Source: Pseudomonadota bacterium
Lineage (GTDB): Bacteria; Pseudomonadota; Alphaproteobacteria; Sneathiellales; Sneathiellaceae
Direction of reading: 5' to 3'
Assembly: GCA_024743055.1 (NCBI GenBank)
Contig: JANSXH010000004.1
Location: 37,729 to 101,728 of the forward strand
Length of the DNA: 64,000 nt
A model generated the notes under the pieces. The model was given only the letters and a program-made list of their open reading frames with translations, did not search any database and had not been told where the DNA came from. Positions 30,594 through 39,719 of this stretch are shown here, piece by piece (the stretch's first letter is position 1; each line of letters starts with the position of its first letter). The position numbers were made by a program, and so were the translations under genes.

Positions 30594-30681
30594 TGAAGGA
30601 GACATTTTTTCCGCCTTCGCGAGAACAGCCTATTTTCTTCAAACTATTGTTTTTATTGAATTAAACGCCTCCTCATAAAAC

Positions 30682-30696
30682 TGGCCCGAAGATTGC
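30682..30696 (+). promoter_or_regulatory. sigma54 promoter for fliK-flgD-flgE
   Basis: TGGC-CCGAAGA-TTGC; IHF-like AAACAA-TAGT-TTG on the minus strand near 30639-30651. Confidence 0.78.
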
Positions 30697-30755
30697 TTTA
30701 ATGAACGGGAGATAAAACCGCGACGGCGGTAAACCAGTTGAAGAAGAGTTGAATT

Positions 30756-32285
30756 ATGGATGTAGCACAGATCATTGGAACGTCTTCCGCGCAAACCCGG
30801 CGCGAGCCGGACTATCGGGATACCGACTACGACGATTACTCGAAGGATGACTTCGCGTCCTATCTCGATGACAGAGACGACAGACCTGACACGCGTCCGG
30901 ACCAGGCTGCTGCCGCGACGCCCCCTAAAGAGGCGGCGCCGACAACGGAACATGACCAGGCGTCCGCGCCTCAAGAAACTTCCGGCTCTTCAGAGAAACC
31001 TACATATACAAGAGAGACTTCTGAAGAAGCCGCTCCTGCCGATCCAAAACCGACGGAAGCGAAGACGGAGTCAAACGCGCCTCAACAGACGGGAACTGAA
31101 ACTACTCAGGCTGCCGCTGCCCAGCCTGCAGTGACACCTGTTGTACCTGCTTCTTCGAATGCAGCTGAGACTACCAGCACGGCTGCCAAGCCAACGGAGA
31201 CGGCGGCGCCCGCACCGACGGCGCCTGCCGCTGATCCGAAAGTGGCCGCGCCTGCGACAGAAGCGGCAAGTAAAGCAGCAGAGGCTACGGCGCCGACAAC
31301 ACCTCAAAAAGCGGCAAATGCAGCTGCGGCTGTTGTCCCGCCAGCCCCGACGGAAACCCAACCGAAAGCCACAGCTCAGAACTCACCTTCTACTAAGACC
31401 GAAGCTTCATCTGAGAAAACGCCTGCGGTCTTTACGACGGAAAATACGACCAAGCCACCCTCAGCTGAGGCGCTTGAGAAGATCCGCACCGATGCAAATG
31501 CCCGGCTGGCCGAGAAAGATATTCTCTCGACCAAGATCACTGAGCTTTTGCATAACAGCAAGGGCAAGATCAGCCTGAGCGCAGCAGCGACAAAAACTAC
31601 CTTTCAGTCAAACCTTGCCAGCACGACAAATATTGTCTCAGCAGCCATGACTGAAAATGGCGCCGTCGCCGGAGCGATGACACAACAGCTGGGACTGACA
31701 GAAAATCCAGCTGGACAAGCTCTTCCAGCTGTCGCCACTGAAGGTATCGCCACTGTCAAGGAAGTCATGACAAATGTCGTGCCGACCAGCACCGGCGCAG
31801 TCCAAGGGGTCGACAGCAGTGCGGCCAATACAGCCAGCCAGACCGCCAATGCCATGCGCGCCGCCGGACAGGCTGCAGTCTCCGATCAGGTCGCCATGCA
31901 GATCAATAACGCCGCCAAGGATGGTGTCGATCGCATCAAGATCAGCCTTCATCCATCAGAGCTCGGCCGGGTCGAGGTCAAGATGGAGCTTGGTCATGAT
32001 GGCCGGGTCCAGGCCGTGATCAGTGCCGACAAGTCGGAAACGCTTGATATCCTGAAACAGGATTCCCGCGCGCTTGAAAAGGCGTTGCAGGATGCAGGAT
32101 TTGAAACCGGCTCCGGCAGTCTGAAATTCGCCATGAGTGAGCAAGGCGGCGGGGAGACCCCGAATTTTGCCGAAAGTGGCCCGGGCAGTTCTGACCTTGC
32201 CGATGACATGCCGCTCGAGGCTGAGATGCCGGCTGAACTCGCCTCATCACACCTTAACGACGGAAATTTGGATATCCAGGTTTAA
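30756..32285 (+). CDS. fliK: flagellar hook-length control protein
   Basis: A/P/T-rich N-terminal region; LHPSELGRVEV...TLDILKQDSRALEKAL...LDIQV. Confidence 0.9.
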   Translation: MDVAQIIGTSSAQTRREPDYRDTDYDDYSKDDFASYLDDRDDRPDTRPDQAAAATPPKEAAPTTEHDQASAPQETSGSSEKPTYTRETSEEAAPADPKPTEAKTESNAPQQTGTETTQAAAAQPAVTPVVPASSNAAETTSTAAKPTETAAPAPTAPAADPKVAAPATEAASKAAEATAPTTPQKAANAAAAVVPPAPTETQPKATAQNSPSTKTEASSEKTPAVFTTENTTKPPSAEALEKIRTDANARLAEKDILSTKITELLHNSKGKISLSAAATKTTFQSNLASTTNIVSAAMTENGAVAGAMTQQLGLTENPAGQALPAVATEGIATVKEVMTNVVPTSTGAVQGVDSSAANTASQTANAMRAAGQAAVSDQVAMQINNAAKDGVDRIKISLHPSELGRVEVKMELGHDGRVQAVISADKSETLDILKQDSRALEKALQDAGFETGSGSLKFAMSEQGGGETPNFAESGPGSSDLADDMPLEAEMPAELASSHLNDGNLDIQV

Positions 32286-32327
32286 TGAAAATTTTGACAG
32301 ATACATTTATTGAAAGAGGACAAGAGC

Positions 32328-33029
32328 ATGGATTTAGCTGAAATAAATCGCTCCCTGGGCACAGCGGAGACGAGTGCGGCGACCCAGGCGTCGACCAATC
32401 TCGCGAGCAATTTCGATGACTTCCTGACATTGCTGACAACTCAGTTGCAGTATCAGGATCCTCTCAACCCGACCGACACCAATGAATTTACCAATCAGTT
32501 GGTGAACTTCACCAATGTCGAGCAGTCGATTGCTACTAACCAGAATTTGGAAGCACTTGTCCAGCTGCAGCAGATTGACCAGCAGAACAGCCAGGCGGCT
32601 ACTCTGATCAATTATCTCGGCAAGGAAATCGGCTCCAACCTGAATGTCACTGACTTCACGGAAGGAACAGCCTCCTGGAACCTCGACTTTGGTGCCAGCG
32701 CCGCAAGCGTGACCTATGACATCTATGATGAGAACGGCAACAAAGTCTTCACGGAAGAAGCAAGCGGAGCTTCCGCTGGAGCCCAGACTTATAGCTGGGA
32801 TGGCACCACAACGGCCGGCACAACGGCTCCGGACGGCGCCTATTATCTGGTCGCCCAAGGTCAGACATCCGGGGGTAGCGATGTCGCCGTTTCCTATAGC
32901 TTCAGAGGCGTTGCTTCAAGCGTCGAAACAGTGAACGGCCAGCCCGTTCTGAAAATCGGAAATGTGTCCATTGGCCTGGCCAATATCACATCCGTCCATG
33001 TCACAGAAGAAAGTAATCCGTCCGCCTGA
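32328..33029 (+). CDS. flgD: flagellar hook capping protein
   Basis: FLTLLTTQLQYQDPLNP, WDG motif. Confidence 0.93.
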   Translation: MDLAEINRSLGTAETSAATQASTNLASNFDDFLTLLTTQLQYQDPLNPTDTNEFTNQLVNFTNVEQSIATNQNLEALVQLQQIDQQNSQAATLINYLGKEIGSNLNVTDFTEGTASWNLDFGASAASVTYDIYDENGNKVFTEEASGASAGAQTYSWDGTTTAGTTAPDGAYYLVAQGQTSGGSDVAVSYSFRGVASSVETVNGQPVLKIGNVSIGLANITSVHVTEESNPSA

Positions 33030-33089
33030 GCGCGGCCAACCCAAGCGCTCCGGTCTTATTTAGACGGGCGGTAATTAAGGAGTAGAAAA

Positions 33090-34412
33090 ATGAGTCTTAC
33101 AGCAGCAATGTTTTCCGGAGTATCCGGTCTGGCAGCCCAGTCGACTGCCATGGCCACGATCTCTGACAATATTTCAAACACAAATACTATTGGTTATAAG
33201 GGTACAAATGCCATTTTCTCCACTCTGGTGACGGAAAGTGCCACAGATACAACCTATTCTGCCGGTGGTGTTCTTGTTCATCCAAGAGCCCAGGTCGATC
33301 AGCAGGGTCTGATCACCGCCTCTGATTCAACCACCCATATGGCGGTTGCCGGGGACGGCTTCTTTGTTGTTCACACATTGGCGGATCCGACATCTTCTGG
33401 CGGTAATTACATTTATACCCGCGCCGGCACCTTTGAGCCTGACGCAACAGGCCTGCTGCGCAACGCCCAGGGATATTATCTGCAAGGTTGGGAAATTGAC
33501 CCCGATGGGAATATCCCGGCCAACCAGTCTGACCTGGCGGCACTAACACCGGTCAATATCACTGGCCTGACTGGTAACGCCGAGCCAACCTCGACTATTA
33601 ACCTGAAAGCAAATCTCTCCTCGGATCAGGTTTCCTTTGGTGCCGGTTATGTTGCCGGTGATATGACAAGCGGAACGACACCGCCACATTTCGTGCGTTC
33701 TTTCCAGGTCTATGACAGCATGGGCTCTGCTCATAGTGTCTCCTTTAACTTCCTGAGAACCGGTACGGGCGGGACGCCGAACGAATGGACCGTTGAAATC
33801 ACAGCGGACATCGATGGCGACGGAACCGAAGATATGCTCGGCTCACAGATTGTCGCGTTTAATTCCGACGGTACTTTGGATACGGCCAACACAACCCTGT
33901 CCAACACCATCAACATTCCCTGGGCAGCCGCCCTCGGTATTGATACACCGCAGGCCATTAACCTGAACTTCGGGTCCGATGGATTGTCTGACGGCTTTAC
34001 TCAGTTTGCGTCCAACTCAGAGTTGGTGTCGTCTGAAGTCAACGGTGCGCTGTTCGGAGCCTTCAACTCTGTCTTTATTGACGAAGAAGGAACCGTGATC
34101 GCCAAGTTCGATAACGGCACCTCGAAAGAGATCTACAAAATTCCTGTCGCCACCTTCGCCAACCCGAACGGGCTCAGGAACCGGGATGGCAACTCCTATG
34201 ACGAGACACCAGACTCAGGTACCTTCACCTTGCGTGAAGCCACATTAGGTGGTGCCGGCCGGATCATCTCATCCGCAACTGAAGCCTCGACAGTGGATAT
34301 CGCCGAGGAGTTCACACGGATGATCATTACTCAGCGGTCCTACTCTGCCGCCGGTAAGATTATCACCACGGCCGATGAGATGCTGGAAGAACTAATCCGA
34401 CTGAAACGTTAG
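33090..34412 (+). CDS. flgE: flagellar hook protein
   Basis: SDNISNTNTIGYK, GDGFF, YTRAG, EASTVDIAEEFTRMIITQRSYSA. Confidence 0.94.
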   Translation: MSLTAAMFSGVSGLAAQSTAMATISDNISNTNTIGYKGTNAIFSTLVTESATDTTYSAGGVLVHPRAQVDQQGLITASDSTTHMAVAGDGFFVVHTLADPTSSGGNYIYTRAGTFEPDATGLLRNAQGYYLQGWEIDPDGNIPANQSDLAALTPVNITGLTGNAEPTSTINLKANLSSDQVSFGAGYVAGDMTSGTTPPHFVRSFQVYDSMGSAHSVSFNFLRTGTGGTPNEWTVEITADIDGDGTEDMLGSQIVAFNSDGTLDTANTTLSNTINIPWAAALGIDTPQAINLNFGSDGLSDGFTQFASNSELVSSEVNGALFGAFNSVFIDEEGTVIAKFDNGTSKEIYKIPVATFANPNGLRNRDGNSYDETPDSGTFTLREATLGGAGRIISSATEASTVDIAEEFTRMIITQRSYSAAGKIITTADEMLEELIRLKR

Positions 34413-34434
34413 ATCGGACCTTAAGTAACCTGCT

Positions 34435-34472
34435 GTCTTCATGGCAAAAACTCGCTGATTTGCCATGAAGAC
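34435..34472 (+). terminator. hairpin after flgE
   Basis: GTCTTCATGGCAAA...TTTGCCATGAAGAC; no U-tract on the + strand. Confidence 0.5.
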
Positions 34473-34476
34473 AAAA

Positions 34477-34504
34477 TTAACCAAGCTCTTTAGCGGTTTG
34501 TTAA
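34477..34504 (+). promoter_or_regulatory. CtrA-like sites before sciP
   Basis: TTAACC half-site and TTAG-CGGTTTG-TTAA. Confidence 0.55.
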
Positions 34505-34561
34505 ATCGAACCTCGTATTATCCAAATTCAAGACGAAGAGTTTTAATGAGGTAATGTAAAC

Positions 34562-34861
34562 ATGCAGTCGCACATTGACCGCAAAGTTAACCGGATTATC
34601 GGATTGGATGGCCAGCCAATGACCATTCATGACCTTCCGCCGAAGGATACGAAGCGGTGGGTCATCAGACGCAAGGCTGAAGTGGTCGCCGCTGTTCGTG
34701 GCGGACTGATCAGTCTCGACGACGCTTGTCGCCGCTACACTCTTTCTGTAGAGGAATTCCTGTCCTGGCAGAAAGCAATCGACAGACATGGACTGCCAGG
34801 ATTGCGGACGACACGTATTCAAGAGTATCGTCCCGGTGACACGCTGCACAATAACGATTAA
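34562..34861 (+). CDS. sciP: CtrA inhibitor SciP (DUF1153)
   Basis: DLPPKDTKRWVIRRKAEVVAAVRGGL...YTLSVEEF...GLRTTRIQEYR. Confidence 0.93.
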   Translation: MQSHIDRKVNRIIGLDGQPMTIHDLPPKDTKRWVIRRKAEVVAAVRGGLISLDDACRRYTLSVEEFLSWQKAIDRHGLPGLRTTRIQEYRPGDTLHNND

Positions 34862-34890
34862 TCAATTTTCACGTTAGTTCCTTTTTAAAG

Positions 34891-34922
34891 ACCCGGCGCC
34901 TTTTTCGCCGGGTTTTGTTTTT
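34891..34922 (+). terminator. intrinsic terminator after sciP
   Basis: ACCCGGCG-ccttttt-CGCCGGGT-TTTGTTTTT. Confidence 0.75.
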
Positions 34923-34972
34923 CAATTACCGCCCTCGCCACACCCTTACCAAATCGAACCAGAAATCCGCTA

Positions 34973-35026
34973 GGCAAAAAATTCCCAACACCCGGCAATT
35001 TTTGCCCCCTGTTAACTTCTTGTTTA
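34973..35026 (+). promoter_or_regulatory. fliF promoter: two ftr-like sites and a CtrA-like box
   Basis: GGCA-AAAAA-TTCC (34973), GGCA-ATTTT-TGCC (34994), TTAA-CTTCTTG-TTTA (35012). Confidence 0.6.
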
Positions 35027-35087
35027 TCAAGTCATCGTATTTTCTTTCTGTGGAGAATAATTTTACGCGTTTTTTACTTATCATCGG

Positions 35088-36794
35088 GTGTCTGCAGTGA
35101 ATGGATTGAGCCAACTACTTCAAAGTTTGGGAGCTGTACGGATTATCATTTTGGGGGGTGTTGCAGTTGGTTTGATCTCGCTGATCATGCTCATGGCAAC
35201 TCGGATTACCGCCCCAGATTACTCTCTTCTATATGGAGGGCTTGAGCCATCAGATTCCGCCGCTGTTGTTGCGAGACTGGAATCCGAGCAAATTCCATTT
35301 CAAATCAAGAATGATGGACGGGATGTTCTGGTCCCCGAAGACCAGGTCGCTCGCTTACGCCTCAGTATGGCAGAAGTCGGACTGCCAAATGGTGGATCCG
35401 TCGGGTATGAGATCTTTGATAACTCCGATACCTTCGGCACAACAAGCTTCGTTCAGAATGTCAATTTTGTTCGAGCCCTGGAAGGGGAACTTGCCCGAAC
35501 CATTCGGGCTCTTAACAATGTCTCCGCCGCCCGAGTGCATCTAGTTCTCCCAAAACGCGAAGTCTTTAGCCGGGATAAAAGAGAGGCAAGTGCTTCCATT
35601 GTTCTAAAGCTGAATGGCCGCGGTCGTCTGTCGGACGATCAGGTTGCAGCAATCCAGCATCTGGCGGCAGCGGCTGTCCCGACCCTGACACCTACACATA
35701 TCTCCATCGTCGATGAAAACGGTAACCTGCTGGCACGGGGAGATGGCAAGGATACACCAGGGACAAGCGGTAGTTCACAAACAGACTTTATGAGGGTCAC
35801 ATATGAAACGCGCGTGAAGGAACAGATTGAACAGCTGCTGGAAAAATCACTTGGCCCGGGCAACGTTCGTGCTGAGGTCAGCGCCATCATGGATTTCGAT
35901 CAACGCACTGTCCACTCGGAAACATATGACCCGGACAGTCAAGTCGTTCGATCCACTCAGCTTGTCGAGGAGTCCAGCTCTTCCAACGAGGGGCTTGCGG
36001 GAGATCAGGCGGTCACTGTCGCCAACAACCTGCCTGAGGCGGATGCTGATGTGGGTGATGGGTCCAATTCCGAAAGCGCCGCCTCGCGCACCGAGGAAAC
36101 CGTTAACTACGAGATATCCAAAACCATTACGACTGAAACACGCGAATCCGGGTTGGTCCGACGCCTCACTGTTGCAGTGCTGGTCAATGGCCGTTCCGAT
36201 GTCGCCGAAGATGGCACCAGGTCGTATCAGCCGCTTGAAGAAGACGCACTGCTGCAGGTTGGCCGTCTTGTAAAATCTGCAATCGGCTTTGATGAAGAAC
36301 GCGGCGATGTCGTTGAAGTCGTCAATATGCAATTTGCCCAGGTCATCGAGGATTTCTCCGAAGAGGAAATTGTGTCCGACGAGATCTTCATGGGTTTGAC
36401 CAAGGCTGATCTATTCAAAATGGGTGAGATGGGCGTTCTTGTCGTTGTCGCCATCCTGGCATTGCTTCTGGTTGTCCGGCCACTCTTGAACCGGGCGTTG
36501 AGCACGGAAGGAAATGTACCGGCTATAGCGGGCCCTGGTGGAAATGCTGCTGCAGCTGGCGCTGTTGCCGGTATTGACGGAAGTGGCGCTGCTGCCGCCT
36601 TGGCGGGACCGCAACGCGCCGGGGACCTGGCCATCGGGTCAGAAACACTGAGTGAAGTCGACAGCATGATCGATATCGACAAGGTCGATGGTCAGGTAAA
36701 AACGTCAACTTTGAACAAAGTCAGCGAAATCGTTGACAAGCATCCAGACGAAGCGATCTCGATACTTCGTAGCTGGCTGTACCACGACGCGTAA
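35088..36794 (+). CDS. fliF: flagellar MS-ring protein
   Basis: GYEIFD, RALEGELARTI, ARVHLV, NYEISK; start may be the GTG a few codons later. Confidence 0.94.
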   Translation: MSAVNGLSQLLQSLGAVRIIILGGVAVGLISLIMLMATRITAPDYSLLYGGLEPSDSAAVVARLESEQIPFQIKNDGRDVLVPEDQVARLRLSMAEVGLPNGGSVGYEIFDNSDTFGTTSFVQNVNFVRALEGELARTIRALNNVSAARVHLVLPKREVFSRDKREASASIVLKLNGRGRLSDDQVAAIQHLAAAAVPTLTPTHISIVDENGNLLARGDGKDTPGTSGSSQTDFMRVTYETRVKEQIEQLLEKSLGPGNVRAEVSAIMDFDQRTVHSETYDPDSQVVRSTQLVEESSSSNEGLAGDQAVTVANNLPEADADVGDGSNSESAASRTEETVNYEISKTITTETRESGLVRRLTVAVLVNGRSDVAEDGTRSYQPLEEDALLQVGRLVKSAIGFDEERGDVVEVVNMQFAQVIEDFSEEEIVSDEIFMGLTKADLFKMGEMGVLVVVAILALLLVVRPLLNRALSTEGNVPAIAGPGGNAAAAGAVAGIDGSGAAAALAGPQRAGDLAIGSETLSEVDSMIDIDKVDGQVKTSTLNKVSEIVDKHPDEAISILRSWLYHDA

Positions 36795-36807
36795 GGGAAA
36801 GTGATTA

Positions 36808-37821
36808 ATGGTCGTATCGGATCCAAAATATCTTAGCGGGCCAGACAAGGCCGCTGTCATGATGCTTGCTCTTGGGGATGAGCATACGAAAGACTTGTGG
36901 CCGCGCCTGGACGAAGAGGAGATCAAGGAAATCTCCCAGGCCATGTCCAATCTGGGGTCTGTGTCTTCTGAAGCCATGGAATCTTTGTTCGTCGAGTTCG
37001 CCGGAAAGATTTCCTCAACAGGGAATATCGTCGGCTCGTATGAGGCGACGGAACGACTGCTGATGAAGGCCCTGAACGGGGATAGGGTTGAGACCATCAT
37101 GGAGGAAATCCGTGGTCCAGCCGGTCGTACCATGTGGGACAAGCTAGCCAACGTGAATGAGCAGGTCCTTGCAAACTACCTAAAGAATGAATATCCGCAG
37201 ACCGTTGCCGTGGTTATGAGCAAGATCAACTCTTCTCACGCCGCCAAGGTTCTTGCGACCTTGCCAGAAGATTTCTCCCTGGAAGTGGTCAACCGCATGC
37301 TGCAGATGGAATCCGTACAAAAAGAGGTATTGGACAAGATCGAAGATACTTTGCGCAGCGAGTTTATGAGCAACCTTGCCAAGACCAACAAGCGCGATAG
37401 CCATGAAATGATGGCTGAGATCTTCAATAACTTTGACCGTAACACAGAAGGGCGCTTTATCTCCGCCCTGGAAGAGCGTAATCGCGACTCCGCGGAAAAG
37501 ATCAAAGCCCTGATGTTCACTTTCGAAGATCTGCTGAAACTTGATCCCGCTGGTGTCCAGACCCTGCTGCGCAATGTCGATAAGGAACGCTTGGGAATAT
37601 GCCTGAAAGGCGCTTCGGACAGTCTTCGGGATCTTTTCTTTACCAATATGTCGGAACGGGCGGCAAAAATCCTGCGCGAAGACATGGAGGCCATGGGGCC
37701 TGTCCGTCTCAAGGACGTTGATGAAGCCCAGATGGAAATTGTCAATATCGCCAAGGATCTCGCCGATAACGGAGACATCCTGCTGGCTGACGGCGGCGGC
37801 GATGACGAGTTGGTTTACTAA
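36808..37821 (+). CDS. fliG: flagellar motor switch protein
   Basis: [33 protein letters not shown]. Confidence 0.95.
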   Translation: MVVSDPKYLSGPDKAAVMMLALGDEHTKDLWPRLDEEEIKEISQAMSNLGSVSSEAMESLFVEFAGKISSTGNIVGSYEATERLLMKALNGDRVETIMEEIRGPAGRTMWDKLANVNEQVLANYLKNEYPQTVAVVMSKINSSHAAKVLATLPEDFSLEVVNRMLQMESVQKEVLDKIEDTLRSEFMSNLAKTNKRDSHEMMAEIFNNFDRNTEGRFISALEERNRDSAEKIKALMFTFEDLLKLDPAGVQTLLRNVDKERLGICLKGASDSLRDLFFTNMSERAAKILREDMEAMGPVRLKDVDEAQMEIVNIAKDLADNGDILLADGGGDDELVY

Positions 37822-37833
37822 GTGCAGGGGCAG

Positions 37834-38493
37834 ATGAGCACAAACACAAAATTCATGTTTGATACGGAGTTTGGCGGCGCAGCTGGAAACGGTTCTGCGG
37901 CAAAGAACCAGCCTGTGCTTTACACGGAAGCAGATGCCACTCTGATGAAGACAGAAGCCTATGAAGAAGGCGTTCGCGCAGGGCAGGCTCAGGCCGAGGC
38001 CGGCGTGGAAAGCTCAATGGCAGCCTTGATCGAAAATCTGGGATCCCAGCTTGGGCAGATGATGCAAGGCCAAGGAGAACAACTGACACAGGTTAAGCAG
38101 GAGGCGGCCAGCCTCGCCTTTGCGATCGCGGGTAAAATTGCCCCCGCCCTGTTGCAGGTTGCCCCTCAGGCGGAAGTCACCCGGATGATTGAGGATTGCT
38201 TGTCAGATCTGCCCGAAGAACCAAGGGTCGTGGTCCGGACCAGCGAACATGTAACCGAAACATTGATGCCAAAGGTGGAGCAGATATCAGCCAAGGCCGG
38301 TTTTCCCGGCAGTATCATCATGCTCCCTGACCCGGACATGCAGCCAGGCGACTGCCGCATTGAATGGGCCGATGGCGGCGTAGAGAGAAGTCTTGAAGAT
38401 ATACAGAAACGGCTGAGCGGCCTTTTGGAGCGGTTTATCCAGGCAGGCAATCAGTCAGATATGAACGACGTGGGGAATGATCACGCTGAGTGA
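37834..38493 (+). CDS. fliH: flagellar assembly protein FliH
   Basis: KFMFDTEF, AYEEG-x-x-AG, GDCRIEWADGG. Confidence 0.85.
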   Translation: MSTNTKFMFDTEFGGAAGNGSAAKNQPVLYTEADATLMKTEAYEEGVRAGQAQAEAGVESSMAALIENLGSQLGQMMQGQGEQLTQVKQEAASLAFAIAGKIAPALLQVAPQAEVTRMIEDCLSDLPEEPRVVVRTSEHVTETLMPKVEQISAKAGFPGSIIMLPDPDMQPGDCRIEWADGGVERSLEDIQKRLSGLLERFIQAGNQSDMNDVGNDHAE

Positions 38494-38514
38494 TCGAATG
38501 CGAGGAGTAGGAAC

Positions 38515-38904
38515 GTGGCAGAAGAAGACGAATTAAATCTGGAAGACCTCGACGCGACGCCGGAGACCCCGGAAAACGCGGATTTACCCGCAGAAACGGG
38601 TGCTGCGGAAACACCGGCCGAACAGGCACCGGAGGAAGACACTGAGCTGGCGCGCACAGCGACGGACCTGGAAGCCGTGTTTGATATTCCGGTTCATGTC
38701 TCTGCTGTCCTCGGGAAATCCCGGATGCAGGTCAGCCAGTTGATGAAGCTGGGCCGCGGTGCGGTTGTCGAGCTCGATCGCAAGGTCGGCGAGGCCATCG
38801 ATATCTATGTCAATAACCGCTTGGTTGCCCGAGGTGAAGTCGTGGTCGTCGAAGACCGGCTGGGTGTGACCATGACTGAAATCATCAAGTCTGACAGGCA
38901 CTGA
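38515..38904 (+). CDS. fliN: flagellar motor switch protein
   Basis: DIPVHVSAVLG, VVELDRKVGEAIDIYVNNRLVARGEVVV. Confidence 0.93.
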   Translation: MAEEDELNLEDLDATPETPENADLPAETGAAETPAEQAPEEDTELARTATDLEAVFDIPVHVSAVLGKSRMQVSQLMKLGRGAVVELDRKVGEAIDIYVNNRLVARGEVVVVEDRLGVTMTEIIKSDRH

Positions 38905-38921
38905 GAAAGTCGGGTATCGTC

Positions 38922-39698
38922 GTGTATAAAGTAGATTTCGCAACAATTATCGGCCTGTTTGGCGGCTTCGCGGTGATCACCACCGCTGTCATCCTTGGCG
39001 GGTCTATGGGATCGTTCTTCAACCTGCCTGCGGTCCTCGTGGTGCTGGGCGGAACCTTCCTGGTGACCACCGTCAGCTTTTCCATGGGAGAAGTTATCCG
39101 GGCCCAAAAGCTAATCGGATCAACCCTGCTCGGGCGCCATCTCGCCCCGGATGCCGCCGCTTATTCGATGTTGGATCTGGCAGAGCAATGCCGAGGCAAA
39201 GGCGTCCTGCACTTACAGAATTATATGCAGGCCTTAGACGAAGAGAGCTTCCAGCGCAAATCTTTGCAGCTTGTTGTCGATGGGCTGCCTGCTGACGAGG
39301 TCAATCGCATTTTGCAAAATGATCTTAACGGCATGATCGCCCGTCATAGCACCAGCTCTGGCGTCTTGAGAAAAGCGGCCGAGGTTGCGCCTGCAATGGG
39401 CCTGATCGGTACTCTTGTCGGTCTTGTCCAAATGTTGGCGAATTTGAACGACCCTACCACAATCGGTCCAGCAATGGCTGTTGCCTTGCTGACCACCTTT
39501 TATGGCGCCGTGCTGGCCAATATGTTTTTTGGCCCGCTGGCATCGAAGCTCGAGCGCAACTCGGCAGAAGAGGTCCTGCTCAACAGGGTCTTCATGCTGG
39601 GCGCCGCGTCCATCGGCCGACAGGAAAATCCCCGTCGTCTGGAAATGTTGTTGAACACGTTGCTGCCGCCTTCAAACCGCGTCCAGTATTTTAGTTAA
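38922..39698 (+). CDS. flagellar stator A subunit (MotA/PomA family)
   Basis: DFATIIG, APAMGLIGTLVGLVQML, IGPAMAVALLTTFYG. Confidence 0.85.
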   Translation: MYKVDFATIIGLFGGFAVITTAVILGGSMGSFFNLPAVLVVLGGTFLVTTVSFSMGEVIRAQKLIGSTLLGRHLAPDAAAYSMLDLAEQCRGKGVLHLQNYMQALDEESFQRKSLQLVVDGLPADEVNRILQNDLNGMIARHSTSSGVLRKAAEVAPAMGLIGTLVGLVQMLANLNDPTTIGPAMAVALLTTFYGAVLANMFFGPLASKLERNSAEEVLLNRVFMLGAASIGRQENPRRLEMLLNTLLPPSNRVQYFS

Positions 39699-39719
39699 GC
39701 TTGTTAGGAGAGTGAGCAA

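Noticed and set aside
30900-31480. Repeat-like A/P/T-rich sequence
   Set aside because: Ordinary low-complexity FliK ruler region; no exact DNA repeats or CRISPR spacing seen
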